From Amoeboaphelidium protococcarum X5 (taxonomy: Eukaryota; Fungi; Aphelidiomycota), in NCBI GenBank assembly GCA_023515725.1, contig JALDTO010000247.1, forward strand, positions 186,001 to 250,000: a stretch of 64,000 nucleotides of DNA, in the 5' to 3' direction. Below the pieces are notes generated by a model. The model ran no database searches. It was not told the origin of the DNA and saw only the letters and a list, made by a program, of their open reading frames with translations. Shown here in pieces: positions 42,506-58,821 of the stretch. Every line of letters starts with the position of its first letter. Within the stretch, counting starts at the first letter, position 1. A program made the translations under genes and the position numbers.

Positions 42506-43135
42506 TCATTGTAGCTGACTCAACTGCTTTTCAATCAGCAGCTTTCCCCAAATAGAAAAAGCGCTATTCACAGTTCCGCAATAGAACATCACATCACCTA
42601 CAAGATCACAGTCAGAGAGATTCATTAGAATTAAGTACAAGCGCGTCTAGAGTAAAACTTACTTGGATTGTCAGACCAGCCACGAGCAGAAATGTTCATC
42701 TCAGATTCTTGAACGTTGAGCCAAGATCCACCATCATCGGAGAATAAGAATAAATTCTGGAAGTAACGCTCAGCCTCAGCCTAGTTGTTTGAGTACACAA
42801 CAACGGTGAGAGAGTCCAGCAACTGAACCGTGATACAAAAGTTCTTCAGCGGCTCAAATTTCCTAATAAACAATTACTCGCTCTACACAAAATATACGGA
42901 TTATAAAGGTTTACGTCATACTCAAAAATCTTACTGAATGGCGCATTCTGTCCAGCTTGTGGTCCCAGCCTTGCTCCATCAGCCATTTCATGTTAATGTC
43001 AATAGGGACAACACTTGGTTGACACTTAATGACAAAGACTTGGTTTGCCATCGTACTCTCCTGGCTCATTGAATCGTTTGACAATCGGTAATCCTTAAGT
43101 GGCAAGGAGGATATTGGGGTATTTTGCACAGTCAT
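42506..43135 (-). CDS. Hypothetical protein, two introns
   Basis: Frame is preserved across two GTAAG...TAG introns and ends in TGA. Confidence 0.45.
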
Positions 43136-43298
43136 TTCTCTCTTGACAACTTCTTACTTAAATTAATAAATTTTGTAATTTTTAATGGTATATTGCACGT
43201 ATGAAATAGAGGCTATTGAAGTGGCAATGCGTCCACGCGAAAAGCAGAGACGACGCGAAGGCGCTTAGATCACAGCTGACGCTTATGATAGTGCCCGC

Positions 43299-43302
<4 letters not shown>

Positions 43303-43331
<29 letters not shown>
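43303..43331. repeat. (GA)n microsatellite
   Basis: Directly visible. Confidence 0.9.
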
Positions 43332-43336
<5 letters not shown>

Positions 43337-43454
43337 AAGTAGAAATGCGGATACAAAGTAACATTAACAATAATGTTGTAACATTAGAATTCTGATCAAT
43401 CTCATCTCCAACAAGCTATGCCAACATGACAATCAGTATAACAGAGGAGGAGTT

Positions 43455-46033
<2,579 letters not shown>

Positions 46034-46628
46034 ATTGGGTTAGCAGAGTTCTAATTTAGGACGAAAGTGCTGCACTGTAAAACTATTCCACTTTCGAAAC
46101 AGAAAGCGCGTTTAGGAATGGAGGGCGATTTGGTAAAACGTGAAAAGCGCACTCGTTTTACAATTCACTTGCGCTTTCCTTCTCTTGAGAGGAGAAGAGA
46201 GTTGTGGCGAGTTCTGAAACAGTTGACGGTAGGCTTAAAGACTGGCTATAGAGCAGGAAAACGTTACCGGTACAGTGTTTGACGCGGTTAAAGTCTATAT
46301 CGTGTTCTGAGTATGGGTGCCTATTTTATCTTGTTTCAGATTCATCATGCACTTGTCAGAGTTCCGAGCTGAATCAATTAAAATTAATAACGCAAGTGAA
46401 ATTTTATTATTTCATAAAGAGCTCGCGTAACGTTTTGAATTCCGTCTTCATAATGCCTAATAACGACGATCAATGAGCTCAGTCCATTGGACGCGTTACG
46501 TTTGGCTTGCCGTTGTGAGATTTCTTCATCCGTTCGTTCTTTCGTTCATGCCGACACTCCCGACATTCATCTTCTTCCTCTTCTACTGATAATACTCGAC
46601 AGTCTAATAAACTTTATATTTAATTAAT

Positions 46629-47951
46629 ATGGAATCTTAGAGAATTAATTTGGTTCATAGCCATTTGGAAGCTGCGGCTGGAAAGTTTGCCAAGAAGAGT
46701 CCGGATGATGTAGTTATTGTAGCGTAAATATTTCATACTGCTTCGGTTTTTTATAGATGACCACCTATGAATGTTACACACGTTCACTTTACATCTATGT
46801 GTAGTGCTGTGAGAACTCCTTTGACTCGTGCTCGCAAGGGTGGCTTTAAAGATACACTGCAGGAGGAGATTTTGGCATTTGCTCTGAAAGGTATCCTGGA
46901 CAAGACTGGTATTGACCCTGCTCTGGTGGAAGATATCCAAGTTGGTAATGTTCTGCCTCCTGGTGGTGGCGCGACATTGGCCAGAATGTCCATGCTGTAT
47001 GCTGGCTACCCAGACACTTCAAGTGTGAGTACTGTGAATCGCCAATGTTCTAGTGGATTGTAGGCTTGTGCTAGCATCGTGGCTGCTATTCAGACTGGTG
47101 TTATTGAAGTCGGTATCGGTGCCGGTGTGGAGTCAATGACTAGCAACTATGGTCCTAATGCTGTACCATCTCAGATGAGTGATAAAGTGCTGAGCAATAA
47201 GCAGGCTGCAGATTCTTTGATTCCTATGGGATAGACGTCGGAGAATGTTGCCTCCTAGTTTGGAGTGTCGCGTGAAGTGCAGGATAAGTTCGCCGTGGCC
47301 AGCCATGAGAAGGCTAGCATTGCAACGAAGAATGGCTGGTTCAAGGAGGAGATTGTGCCGTGCCAAGTCACTGTCACTGGTAAAGATGGTGCTGAGAAGA
47401 CTGTCACTTTGACGCAAGACGATGGTATTCGCGCAGGAACTACTTTTGAGACGCTGAGCAAGCTGAGACCTGCATTTAAGGAAAATGGTACCACCACCGC
47501 TGGTAATGCTAGTCAAGTTACGGATGGTGCAGCTGCTGTATTGCTGATGAAGCGCTCCAAGGCTTAGCAATTGGGTCTGCCTATTGTTGGTAAGTGGATC
47601 AGTTTTGCCGTTGCTGGTGTACCTCCTCATATTATGGGCATTGGACCAGCTTTTGCTATTCCAAAGGCTCTGAAGAAGGCTGGCCTGGGCGTGAATGACA
47701 TTGATATTTACGAAATCAATGAGGCTTTTGCATCCCAGTGCGTCTACAGCATCAAGACTTTGAACATCCCATTTGAGAAGGTGAATCCAAAGGGTGGTGC
47801 TATTGCTTTGGGTCATCCTCTGGGTGCTACTGGTGCAAGATAGATTGCCACTATATTGCCTGAATTGAAGCGTACTGGAAAGAAGTTGGGTGTCGTGAGT
47901 ATGTGTATCGGAACTGGAATGGGTGCAGCTGCTGTTATTCAAGCCGAATGA
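46629..47951 (+). CDS. ACAA1: Peroxisomal 3-ketoacyl-CoA thiolase with PTS2
   Basis: N-terminal RINLVHSHL fits the PTS2 consensus; thiolase motifs; intron 46724-46804. Confidence 0.92.
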
Positions 47952-48018
47952 TTTGTTGAATGAAAAGTCTCTAAAGATTCAACTTTTAAGAATGAGAGGA
48001 AATATATATTAGTGTTAT

Positions 48019-50358
48019 TCATGGACGATCTCGTACATTTTTCGACTGTGGTGACCATTATGCTTTCTTGGCAGCAGGATTCAGAGATCTTATTGGAATG
48101 GGCGCACGCAATGTTGTATCATTAGGTACGTCAAACTTTGGACTGAACGCAGACTGAGGACTATCCAATTCAACCTACCTGTTGTTGGCAATCACAGCAG
48201 GAGTCACGGGTGACATTGCATTCGGGGACATTGGCGACATTTTACCAGGACCATTATCATCTTTTAACTGGCGCAGCCTTTGTGAGTGAGCAGGGATTTA
48301 CAGTCGTGGTGGCGGCGTCACAGCAACATCGTACACACTGGTCAGACGCTTGTGCTTAAACGGACTGGTAACTAACCTTTTCCTACCATCTTCCACAATA
48401 ATGTTACGCGCTACAGGACTCGCAGGTCCAGAGCTGATATCTGCCAAGTGTGGCAATTATCGCTGAGGTATAGGACTTTCCACCTCAGACAATCTTGCCT
48501 ATTCCTTATTCTGCATTGGCTTTTTGACCGCCTGCTTTTGCACTTGATCGTGCAATTGTTGAGCGGCTTATTGTAGCATAAGTTATTGTCTAGGAGACAG
48601 ACTACGTCTGGGAGGTGACCGAGAATTAGGAGACTTCTTAACGACTGGCGGTTCTTCATCTTACGTACGACCTCTATCCAAAGCTGCAGGGACTTCATCT
48701 CCTTAAACTCGCAGAGATGCCTGCCTCATATCGATGAATAGAGGGGGATTTTCCACCATCAAATCCTCAGGCTGCAACTGCTTCTATAATGACTTTCGCT
48801 AAGAAGCGCGTCTATCCTAATTCTCAAATGGCTGAGCTGCTAATTTCTAGTTCTTCCTCTTCAGCTATTGCTGCTACCTTCTGCGTCGATTACAGAACCA
48901 CACCAGAATCAAGACAACGGTAAAAGCCACTACAGATCCCACAACAGCATATATGATCGTTTGAGTGACATCCGGCTTGTTAGTGCCTCTCAAAACGGAC
49001 TCAATATATCCTGGCGGAGCAAGTTTAACAAACTGTTCCCTAGCACCAGGAGAATTAGGCTCTGGGATGCTGAAAGATTTTAGCAACCTATTAGGACTAC
49101 TTTATGCATTTCTCACGACATTCATCTGAGCAGCGCTAATGAGAGCATTTTTTACATCTTCCGGAGACGCGTTGGGATTTCTCTGCAAAAATAATGCTGC
49201 GACTCCAGCAGCGAAGGGAGTTGCCTGACTTGTACCATCTCTAGATAGATATTAGTTGCCTGGTGCTGTACTTACAATTCCTTATCCAGGAGCAAAGAGT
49301 GACACGCAGGATCCATAATTGGAAAATGAAGCTCTCCTGTCACTAGAGTCGGTAGCACCAACAGTGAATACATTTGGGGTTCCAGCAGGAGTACCGTCAC
49401 ACCCATCTAGATTATCATTTCCAGACGCTGCAAACACTGGAATTCCAAGATTGATCACTCTACCAATTGCTGCATCCAAAGGCTAACTACGCGGATACTG
49501 ACCTTGCGCATTCTTAATTGGACCAAGACTCATGTTAATCAGAGCTGGCTTAACATAGTTCTATGTGACATACTCAAGAGCAGCGACAATATCGGAATTG
49601 GACGCGCGATCAGCGCAGTCAAAAACTTACAGCGAAAACATATTAGCCTGCTTCGCCACTCCAGTATTCACGCCACCAATGATACCTGCAACGTGTGTAC
49701 CATGTCCCGAGCAGTCTCCACCACGAGCCTAGCCTTCTTAGGTGCTAAATACTATTTTAGATCGACCAGTAAATTCTGGGTGAACAGTATCCATTCCACT
49801 ATCGATAATGTAGACATTTACACCATTTCCCGTTAGATCAAATGTATACTACCGATCAAGTGGTAACATAGCCTAATCGATCCTGTCAAGGCCCCATAAA
49901 TTGCTATCGCACTACTGTACTTACGTCAGAGAGTGAGTAAAATCCTGCTCAATGTACTCGATATAAGGAATCCGTCGAATAATATCTAGCGGTATTTCAG
50001 CAGGAAATTGTACAGAGAATCCATTCAAAGTCTTTGTGTACCGATGTCCAACAGAGCCATCAAGCAGAAGCATTATCTCATTGATGACGTCAATAGCACT
50101 CTTTGGCGTGGAATCCTTCAACTTTATAATGTATTTATTATCTATACGTGAGCTATTAGAGGCAAGTATAAGAGGTATATTCAACACCTCTCTTGAAAGT
50201 GTACCATCACTGATCAATCGTTAGAAAGTTGAGACAATGGACGCGTTACTTCTTACCAGAGGGCCCAACATATCCACCAATTGCAGCTGTGCTCGGAATT
50301 ATACAATACATGAAAGAAATAGAATACATAAATAAATACAACCATGTGATATGAGCAT
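48019..50358 (-). CDS. Subtilisin S8A (proteinase K-like) with I9 propeptide, TM anchor and long C-terminal tail
   Basis: [48 protein letters not shown]; [23 protein letters not shown] followed by RRRQ. Confidence 0.9.
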
Positions 50359-50740
50359 TATATATATCTGAATGTTTACAATCTGTGTTAGGTTGGAATT
50401 TTAAACTAAAAGAATCAATCAATGAGGATCACAGAGCTTGGCTGCAAGAGATTGTTACAATCTAGAGTCAAGATCATACCAATCACAAGCTAACCGTTCT
50501 CTTGATCAAGACTTCTGATTGGCTCAGAGCTGGTATTTCTTTTAATAAGTGCTATTCCTTTGCTCTAACTATTATCCTTAAATCTTAGTCTAATTTCTGC
50601 TTGACTGTGATAATTAGGTGAAGCGGATCACCCGTTTCAACCGTTGCCAAGTCGGGAAATTCCCGTTGTTTTATCTCCTGAAATCAGATGATCATCCATC
50701 AATTCAGTAGTAATATTTGCTCTAGACCGAATATATTTAC

Positions 50741-51397
50741 ATGACTGCTGGTTCAGATAAAGATCCTTAAGATTCAAATTCTTCACTAGGCCATCCTCCT
50801 AATGCGGTTCATGCTGTTAGACGGAAATTTAAAGATCTCACCAAAAGTATTTTGAACTCCAGGGATGACAATGTCAACACCTTTACAGCTAATGACAATA
50901 GTAAAGGAAAAGGCGATAATGGAGGAACATCAATTGGTCGAATCTAACCAGAAGAGCTAAAAAGGATCAAACAGTATGGAAAGTGGGATGAACTATGTCT
51001 TGGTGTCTGGAAATAGAACTAAATTGGTCGCAAGTATAGATTTCCTGGGCAGTGCCGAGGAGTCCAGGTGATCAGATCTAACAATACAGCCGAGATCAAA
51101 ACGGGCCGTTTCAGCGACGGGAATTTTACGATTGTGCTCCCAAAGAGAAGAGTTGGAAATGCGGCGCGTTCTTCAACCGTCCCGTAATAACAAAGCACTG
51201 GGGACCGGCTCATTAGTTTTTTGGAAAGGCAAAAGGCTGTCTCCCTGAAATTGTTCAATAACGTATGGGATTAGGATAAGCTGTATCAAGGCTTTCATAA
51301 GCTAATTGATATGTCATCAAAAGTGTTATATCTCAATCTTAAATTCATGGATGCGACTTTAAATAGGATACTGAATATAAAACCCAAAGATGTTTGA
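50741..51397 (+). CDS. Hypothetical protein
   Basis: 218-codon ATG to TGA frame under TAR=Gln. Confidence 0.5.
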
Positions 51398-51467
51398 ATA
51401 GACTGATGGATGAATAGATTTGTTTTGCGATTTTCTGTTTTCAAAATTTGCATAATCTGAGTTTATA

Positions 51468-51774
51468 ATGTTCACTGATAAATAGCGGCTGCTGCACAAA
51501 GGCGCGTATTTCTCGAGGTTCTTTTAATTTAAAAGTAGACGTAACTACCTCATACTGAGTTCCCTACTGCTTGCCAATGCCACTCTTAACGGTATCATTC
51601 TGTACAAGTACTTTCAGGCTCCTGATGAATTTACGGTATGATCACATTGATGGTATCGTTCTTTATTGGATCTGAATTTAATTTCATATGTAGGAGTATA
51701 TCGCGTCTTTATGGAATATGAATGGTACATTACAGCAGAAGTCTGATCAATCAGATGATATATCGCAGAAATGA
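51468..51774 (+). CDS. Small hypothetical membrane protein, one intron
   Basis: In frame across intron 51636-51693; hydrophobic YLILSSLLLANATLNGIILY. Confidence 0.4.
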
Positions 51775-51864
51775 GCAAGTAAATAAATTATTTAAAATTG
51801 CGCCTTTCTTACTGAGATTTTATTGTCTGTTCCTTACTACAGCACAGTACATAAGCAGAGAGGG

Positions 51865-52336
51865 ATGGGCAAGAGCAGTCAATAAAAGGGATCCAACAAA
51901 GCTGATGGGTACTTTATATTAAGTATAGACAATGAATGTTTTGATATATTTCCGTGTAGACAGTCTTTGAAGCCTGCCAATAGCATCAAGGTGCGACATA
52001 TCCTTTGCGAGGTATTACAATTCAATTCGATGGCGCTTTCTACTATCAACTTTACGCGTAATCATTCATTGATTGTAGAAACTTGGCAAGTGTATGGAGG
52101 CATTAGAACAAGTTAAAGCTGGAAAACCATTTGACAAAGTTGCAGAACAGTATTCAGAAGATAAAGCACGAAATGGGGGCAGTCTGGGCTATATGAACAG
52201 AGGGAGTATGGTTGGTCCTTTCCAAGAGGCCGCGTTTGAACTTCAAGTGTCAACAGTCTCTAAACCAATATTCACTGACCCTCCTGTGAAGACCAAGTTT
52301 GGTTACCATATCATAATGGTTGAAGACAGAAAATGA
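51865..52336 (+). CDS. PIN4: Parvulin Par14/PIN4 peptidyl-prolyl isomerase
   Basis: [39 protein letters not shown]; introns ~51909-51959 and ~52012-52078. Confidence 0.92.
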
Positions 52337-52401
52337 TAAATTAATGTTTAATTATTCAATATTCAACCACCTCTTTATACTGAGTTGCTAATTTAACGCT
52401 C

Positions 52402-54201
52402 TCAATTTATTTAAAGATACTCGTCATAACGCGAAGTAAACGGCCACCAACTGTAACTAAATAAAGAGAGATTATAGTCAAATCTCCAATCCACCCGCTA
52501 AAAAGGTCGATACGCAATATCTTTAGGCACAGAGTATCCATCAGAATTTCTACAGAATGTTCTACTGTTAGGGGTCTACACTTTACTACTGCTGTTGTTA
52601 GAACTGATGAATTGATCTTTGATCAGCTTCCAAGCATCGAGTCTAGTCTAATGCACAATCTTTCTATTCTGAATAATGTTTTTGAACAGATGCACACTTG
52701 GCCTCTCCTGTCTACCAAATCCGGCGTCTACACTCTCATTACGCAATACTTTATACAAGCCAAACTTTGGACAATAACCATCAGCCCATTCAATATTGTC
52801 ACTCAGAGTCCAATGATGATATCCAACGATTGGCACACCCTCATCCAGCAACCGGCGTAACACAAGCAGATGTTCAATGATATAAGCAGGTCGCAGAATA
52901 TCCGTGTCATCGCTTATACCGTTCTCAGTTATCATGATCGGCAAGTTGCGCCCCATGGCAACATTGTACTCTTAATGCACGGTCTAGATAGTCTTGTAAA
53001 ATCCGTACGGAGATATGGCACGTCCAGCTTCAGAGTACTCGACACCATTTCTGATTGTCAATCCTAAGGGACCAACAAACTCTTTTCCATAATAGTTGAT
53101 GCCGATGAAATCAAGCTCCGTGGCAACTAGATCCATAAAATGCCGATTCATTATAAAGTCCATAAAATTGCGTAGAGGAGTAGATATCATCTTTGGTTAA
53201 ATAGCGACATAGTAAGCCATGTTTTTTGCGATTCCAACCACAGCAGGTCGACTATCAGAAGTTGTGTGCTCCCCAACTTCGTCATCAAAATGGTGAATCA
53301 GTTCATATGCCATAGAATGCGCCTTGGCCATATTACGCATAGCTTTAACAACATTACCTTCATACTTGCCAATTTTCCAATACGCATTCGGATCCACGCC
53401 TTTATTGATTCTACCAGGCCACATTCCGATTCCATACACAGCATTGGCAAACCATGCAGGTTCATTCAGTACAACATATCGATCAACTACGTGCTTCACA
53501 TGCGGGACAACATCGTGCACAAAAGCCGCAAAGTAGTCAGGCATCTTATCACTGGTCCACCCTTTGTTAGCCAACTGATCACTCCACTTCGGGAGAGAGT
53601 GATGGAAAAATGTGAGCATAACATTGATACCTTGCTGCTTGATCTCATTAATGATTTTGACATATCGTCGCAAAGCTTTAATATCTTGCACGCCCTCGCG
53701 GCAAGGATGCTTCTTGCTAAGCCAAGATTTATTACTGAAATCAGAGTCAGCAGAATTATGGTGGGATGACTGGGATGATGATTACTTCTCTTGGACGTAA
53801 CCATACCTATTGCAATTCAAAGAGCCAGGCATATGCGGCACAACGCGACCCCAATCTATTCCAACACGGACGGAATTAACGCCAAGATCTTTCATCAAAC
53901 CGATCTCCACCTCAGGCCTGGTCCAGAACTGCAGACGCTTCTCGGGATGAGGCACATTGTAGAAGTGAGGTATCTTGCTTTCATTCGCTGGACGCGTCCA
54001 CTCCATCCACAGATCATCAGCTTCATCCTCAACGTGAGCAGGTGCACTGGCAATACCAAAATCAAAGTCTTGAGGGAAAGTGGCGATTACCTTTTTACTG
54101 TAGAAGATGCTCTTGAACAGATGATCACACTTTAAGAACACCTAAACACTAATCCACACACAGAGTAGTATAATGAAAACAGATTGGAAAGACAGCGCCA
54201 T
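52402..54201 (-). CDS. SFR2: GH1 protein of the SFR2 (galactolipid:galactolipid galactosyltransferase) type
   Basis: FGIASAPAHVED, NVPHPEKRLQFW, MLTFFHHSLP, LNEP, GINYYG, EYSEAGR, TENGISD, DNIEWADGYCPKFGL, RPF..DWRF; N-terminal hydrophobic anchor. Confidence 0.85.
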
Positions 54202-54626
54202 TAAATATACTGTATTTTTCTAATGCGATATTATGATTACGACTATTAAATACGATAGGAAATATAGATTCCATTCAAGGAGACTGAGAACGACGATTTG
54301 CTAATCAGCATTCGCTAAGCCTCAAATTGAAATGAAAGCACATTGTTTTCTATTTAAGTTCAATTACAAGGAGGGGAATTTAGTTTAAGGATGTATGTCG
54401 ATTGGAGTCAAGAATTTGTTGTTATTTAATATTGAATGAATATAAAGAGCGTTTCTCCAGTTAAGACTCATTAGACAAGTTGTATTCACCGCCATACAGT
54501 AGAGTTAGTTGCTTTCTCCTTAAACTTTTCTTCTGTATTCCTGCCATCTTCATTTAGATTTTCTACTGTAGAATTGTATTATTTTAAATCTAGTCTGATA
54601 TAAAGTACACTAGAATATAATAGAAA

Positions 54627-55151
54627 ATGTCTTATTAGAATAGAGTTCCTCCGTATAATGATCCTCCTGAATTTCAAGGATTGAGTTAGTAGTAGGATGA
54701 TGATGATGATGTAGAAGCACAGTCGCCTTAATAACAATACAACTCTCTTAGTCAGTAGTAGTAGTAGTAGTAGTAACAATAACAGCCTATAACATCTAAA
54801 TATGAGACTGCCTTACCGATTAGAATAGATATTGAAGCTGCACTGTGTTATGCTCTTGGGGTGTTCACTGGAATTCTATTTCTAGTCTTTGAATACAAGA
54901 ATGCATATGTGAGATTTCATGCATATTAGTCGAGTCTGGTTTTTGTCATTATGCTGCTATTTCATCTTATATTCACTCTAGCCTCATTGAGTTTTACATG
55001 GCTATTATATCTCGTGGATGTGGGTCTCATAGTATGGTTAATGTATAAGGCTTACATCAATGGGTAGACTCTGGTTAGGTACAGATTGCCATTCTTTGGA
55101 GACTTGGCTGATCGCTGGACCGAGAGTGACTATGGAGTCACATTGGATTGA
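54627..55151 (+). CDS. UPF0132/DUF4870-like small membrane protein
   Basis: YETALPIRIDIEAALCY, FEYKNAYVRFHAYQS, YRLPFFGDLA; poly-Q encoded by TAG/TAA runs. Confidence 0.75.
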
Positions 55152-55428
55152 TGAGTTCTCCTAATGATTCTACCTTTTGAAAATTCTTTGACGTAATAAA
55201 GTTTCTTCTTTCTAAAAGAATAATTATTTTATTCATTGGTACCATCTGGGATGAAATTTTATAATTATATCTTACATACACTTTGCCCCAGTGATAACGT
55301 TTAAACCTATCACGCTTTGATGAGTTTCTCTTATTCATTTCACTCGCCGACGCGTTCTGCTTGTTGAAGTTTAACCACCCGCTGTTGCTTAATCTGTATT
55401 TAAAGAAACTCGTATCATTATATGCAAT

Positions 55429-55953
55429 ATGACTGGCATAGAGGACATTTAATTGCCTAGAGCATCGCTCATAAAACTGGTAAAGAGAAATCTACCGCCT
55501 AATGTATTCCTGAGTAAAGATGCAGCCACGGCGATTCTGAAAGCAACCACAATGTTCACGACGTATCTCACCGTAACAGCTGCTGATGTAGATGGCAAGA
55601 AGCAGTTGACTAGTGAGGATGTATTCAAGGCTATGGACGATCTAGATATGGAGGAACTGCTGCCTAGATCCATTGAGTTGTTTAAGTCATTCCGTAAATT
55701 GTAAAAGATGAGAAGAGACTCTTGGAGGAGTAACACGCTAAGCAGAAAGATGGAGCAATAATAGTAGAGTCAAGATATTGGTAGTGGAAGCGTCCCCGCT
55801 CAAGATGAAGATAATTTTGTGCAAGTGTCTCTTTCGCAGTAGGCAGATTATGACGATGAGGACATGGATTAAGAGGATGACGAGGATATTGACGATGAAG
55901 TTTCTAATGATTCTGCTTCTGACAATGAAGAAGGCCAGAACGCTGGGCAATGA
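55429..55953 (+). CDS. POLE3: Histone-fold protein POLE3/Dpb4 with acidic tail
   Basis: IEDIQLPRASLIKLVK..LP....SKDAATAILKATTMFTTYLT. Confidence 0.8.
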
Positions 55954-56680
55954 ATACTATGGTCTCAATACCGTAATTGTATGCAAGTAGTTTATTGATT
56001 ATATCTATTTTTCCTCCTACGACACTTGGTGGCTCATTATTTGAGCATCCTAAGAGTGTTATTGTTTTTGTTTGGATATTACCTCAAGCTTCAATATTGT
56101 ATGACCGTAGTCTCCATCTCTCTTTTAGATGATTGACTGTTGTTATGGCTGATCACTGATAAGCGACTCTTTCCATTAATGCCGCGCTTATTTGGGCCTT
56201 GACGCTCTCTGTTGCAACGAGCACTCACCTGGTAAAGCCGGGCTGAACGCATTTATTACACCACTTAAGTTCTTAATAATAACAGAGCTCATTATTATAA
56301 AAGTATCAATAACTTCACTTCACTTCTCATCATCATCTACAGAGTCCGTAATCTCGTCATCGTTAAACCCCGACAGCATCGCATGATGCCTTCAAATGTG
56401 AACAAATTCCCACGTTAATTTCTACTTTACACGCTGCGAATATATATATGCGCGCCTCTCATGAAGAATTATTTCTTCCACTTAACGTGTTGATAGAGTA
56501 TTTTTCTTGTCATCTTTTTTTATCTGTTGTGCGACTCATATGAAACGAAAACTTCATCTGTCACAGGTGTGAGATTAGTGACTCAAGTGTGAGCTGTTGT
56601 TGAGCATAAAAGGTTGGTTTGATGTGTAAATATTCAATTCTGGATAAGGAATTGTGATTGTGAATTAGCGTTGCAATATA

Positions 56681-57807
56681 ATGAGTTAAAATAATAATAA
56701 TACTTCTCTTTCGGATGTCCCTATGGAGCCTAGCTTACACATCTTTTTGTGAAAAGTGCCATGACAAATACGCGACAGTTCGATTGTTGTAAGATTTGAC
56801 TGTCGATGACGTACTGTAATCAAGTAGAGTTGAGTGAAGCATTAACACGCGTCTCCACCTCTCTTCTCTCAGGGGCCACTTGACTTTGACAGATTTGAAG
56901 TCTGAACTATGAATTATTAGTCGTTTTACTGGAAACAGTTGTTTTCCCTTTAGCCAGTGGGCTTCTTACGATAGATATCCTTCTGATGTCCTCACAAGTC
57001 AGTTGCGTAGTGAACCCTGCGCTAACTATTCTGCTATAAAGCGCATTCGATGACTTGGTTAGATAGATTGGCTTTTCATGGGGTATTCTCGTCACTAGAG
57101 TGTATTCTAGTCCTTTTCTGGTAGGTGCCCTGTTTGCAGATCCCACCTATGATGTCCGTGGTTAATCCGACACTATATTGAAAGGTTTATCTGGTAGTCC
57201 CTTGTTAGCGACTGAAGCCAAGAGAGCTACTGACTTTCCAGTCTCTAAATTATGGCACCATGGCTCTCGCGGGATATAAACGCTTTGCCCTTAAATCTTA
57301 CTGGGTGTCCGACAATACTTAACTCGTAGAAATGCTTCAAAGTATTCGTTGAGAAAGAAAACCGATACTGTATGCTATATTTACCTGGCCTTTAAATAGT
57401 GACAATGCCAATTAAGATGATGAGCTTTACTCTAGACATATGGTGGCGCATTCTTACACTCTCCAAGCCATGTCCTCTGTCATTATGCAAGTTATTACGA
57501 TATGCGTGCTGGCTGGTGGAGAGGACGATATGATCTCTTCCTTGATGCTGGTGGCTGTGCAAACTACTACTTTGAAGAGTATCCAGGCATCTTCGACTGG
57601 CGCATTTACGTTCGAGAAGGAGTAAGGTCGGAAGAGGAAGAGGAAGACGACGCTTCGTCGAAGAAATAGGCTCGCTCTGGTTCTCTTAGAAAGATAGTTC
57701 CCTAATACATTTCAGGATATAGAGATGATGGGTAACCTATATACACCAAGATACGCGTAATGAATGAGTCGCAGCTTGAAGAACTGGAAGAAATATTAGA
57801 AGAGTGA
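56681..57807 (+). pseudogene. Frameshifted remnant of a PD-(D/E)xK-like hypothetical gene
   Basis: GQSDTIL...LATEAKR..FP...WHHGSRGIQTL continues in another frame as GCPTIL..KCFKVFVE; several TGA and frame breaks. Confidence 0.4.
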
Positions 57808-57979
57808 AGTTGTTCACTCCCGTTTGTTTATTAGGTGGCACCAACTGCAATGAGAGAACGCGTTAAATACAGATTGTTTTGTTTCAGACATGGCGCGCTA
57901 GTTCGGCTTCAAACATATTCTTTATTTTCACTGCGACAGATCATTGTGACACAACCGATAAAAATAAATCACTATACGA

Positions 57980-58648
57980 ATGGCTGAAGAACGATAGCCC
58001 GTGAGGTATACCTTTGGAATTCCTGGAATTCAAGTTGAAAACGAGAATATGGCTGCAGATGTTGAAGCAGATCAAGAGATCAATCCGGAACATGCAATTT
58101 AAGCTCGCAATGATTCGGATTTACTTACCGCCAAGCGTGCCAGGAACGAAGTTGATGATTAGACGACAGTGCGCGCCAGAGTGAGACTGTCTCTGGTTGA
58201 ACAGCAGATGGTTCCGTTATTGTTTCCTGGTATTGGTGCTTTAGCTGATGCGCCGCTGTGGGCTTAACAGATGGCAGCTGGTGTCAACCGTTTAGCAATT
58301 GATGTCAACCGTTTAGCAATTGATGTCAACCGTAATTCTGAAATGATGCGCGGGATCGAATACATAATGCTCACTGAAAAGAACAATCGCCGTGGTGACG
58401 GCTCTCTGCAGCCATACGTTGAAATACCACGTTACATTAATGGAATTCGTGTCGTTCCCTCCACCCGTCGCTTAATCAGAGAGGAACTTCCAAATTTAAT
58501 TCCTTTGAATACTCTGGCTGCCGTCAATGCACTGACAAGATAATAATTAGACCTGTATTTTGAGTTTTATGGTATAGTGGCACCAGACTTGTTACAGGAC
58601 AAAAAACAGGTTCTTCTAAACCACATCGGAAGTTCTGTTACACTTTGA
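57980..58648 (+). CDS. Mug135/DUF1773-like protein with heptad tandem repeat
   Basis: APLWAQQ, 21-bp repeat encoding VNRLAID, C-terminal PLNTLAAVNALTRQQLDLYFEFYG..KKQVLLNHIG. Confidence 0.65.
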
Positions 58649-58821
58649 GTTGAATGAACTATGATTGCATTAAGAATATACTAAAATATTGTTGCAATGA
58701 TCTATTCTTCCCTTGAAAATTTCAGATAATTGATTCCAATAAATTAATCTTTTGTTCAAAAAGTCGGTCGGTTGTCGCCCTCTTTCAGCAAAAGTGTGTT
58801 TGTACTGTATGTCAACGTCAC

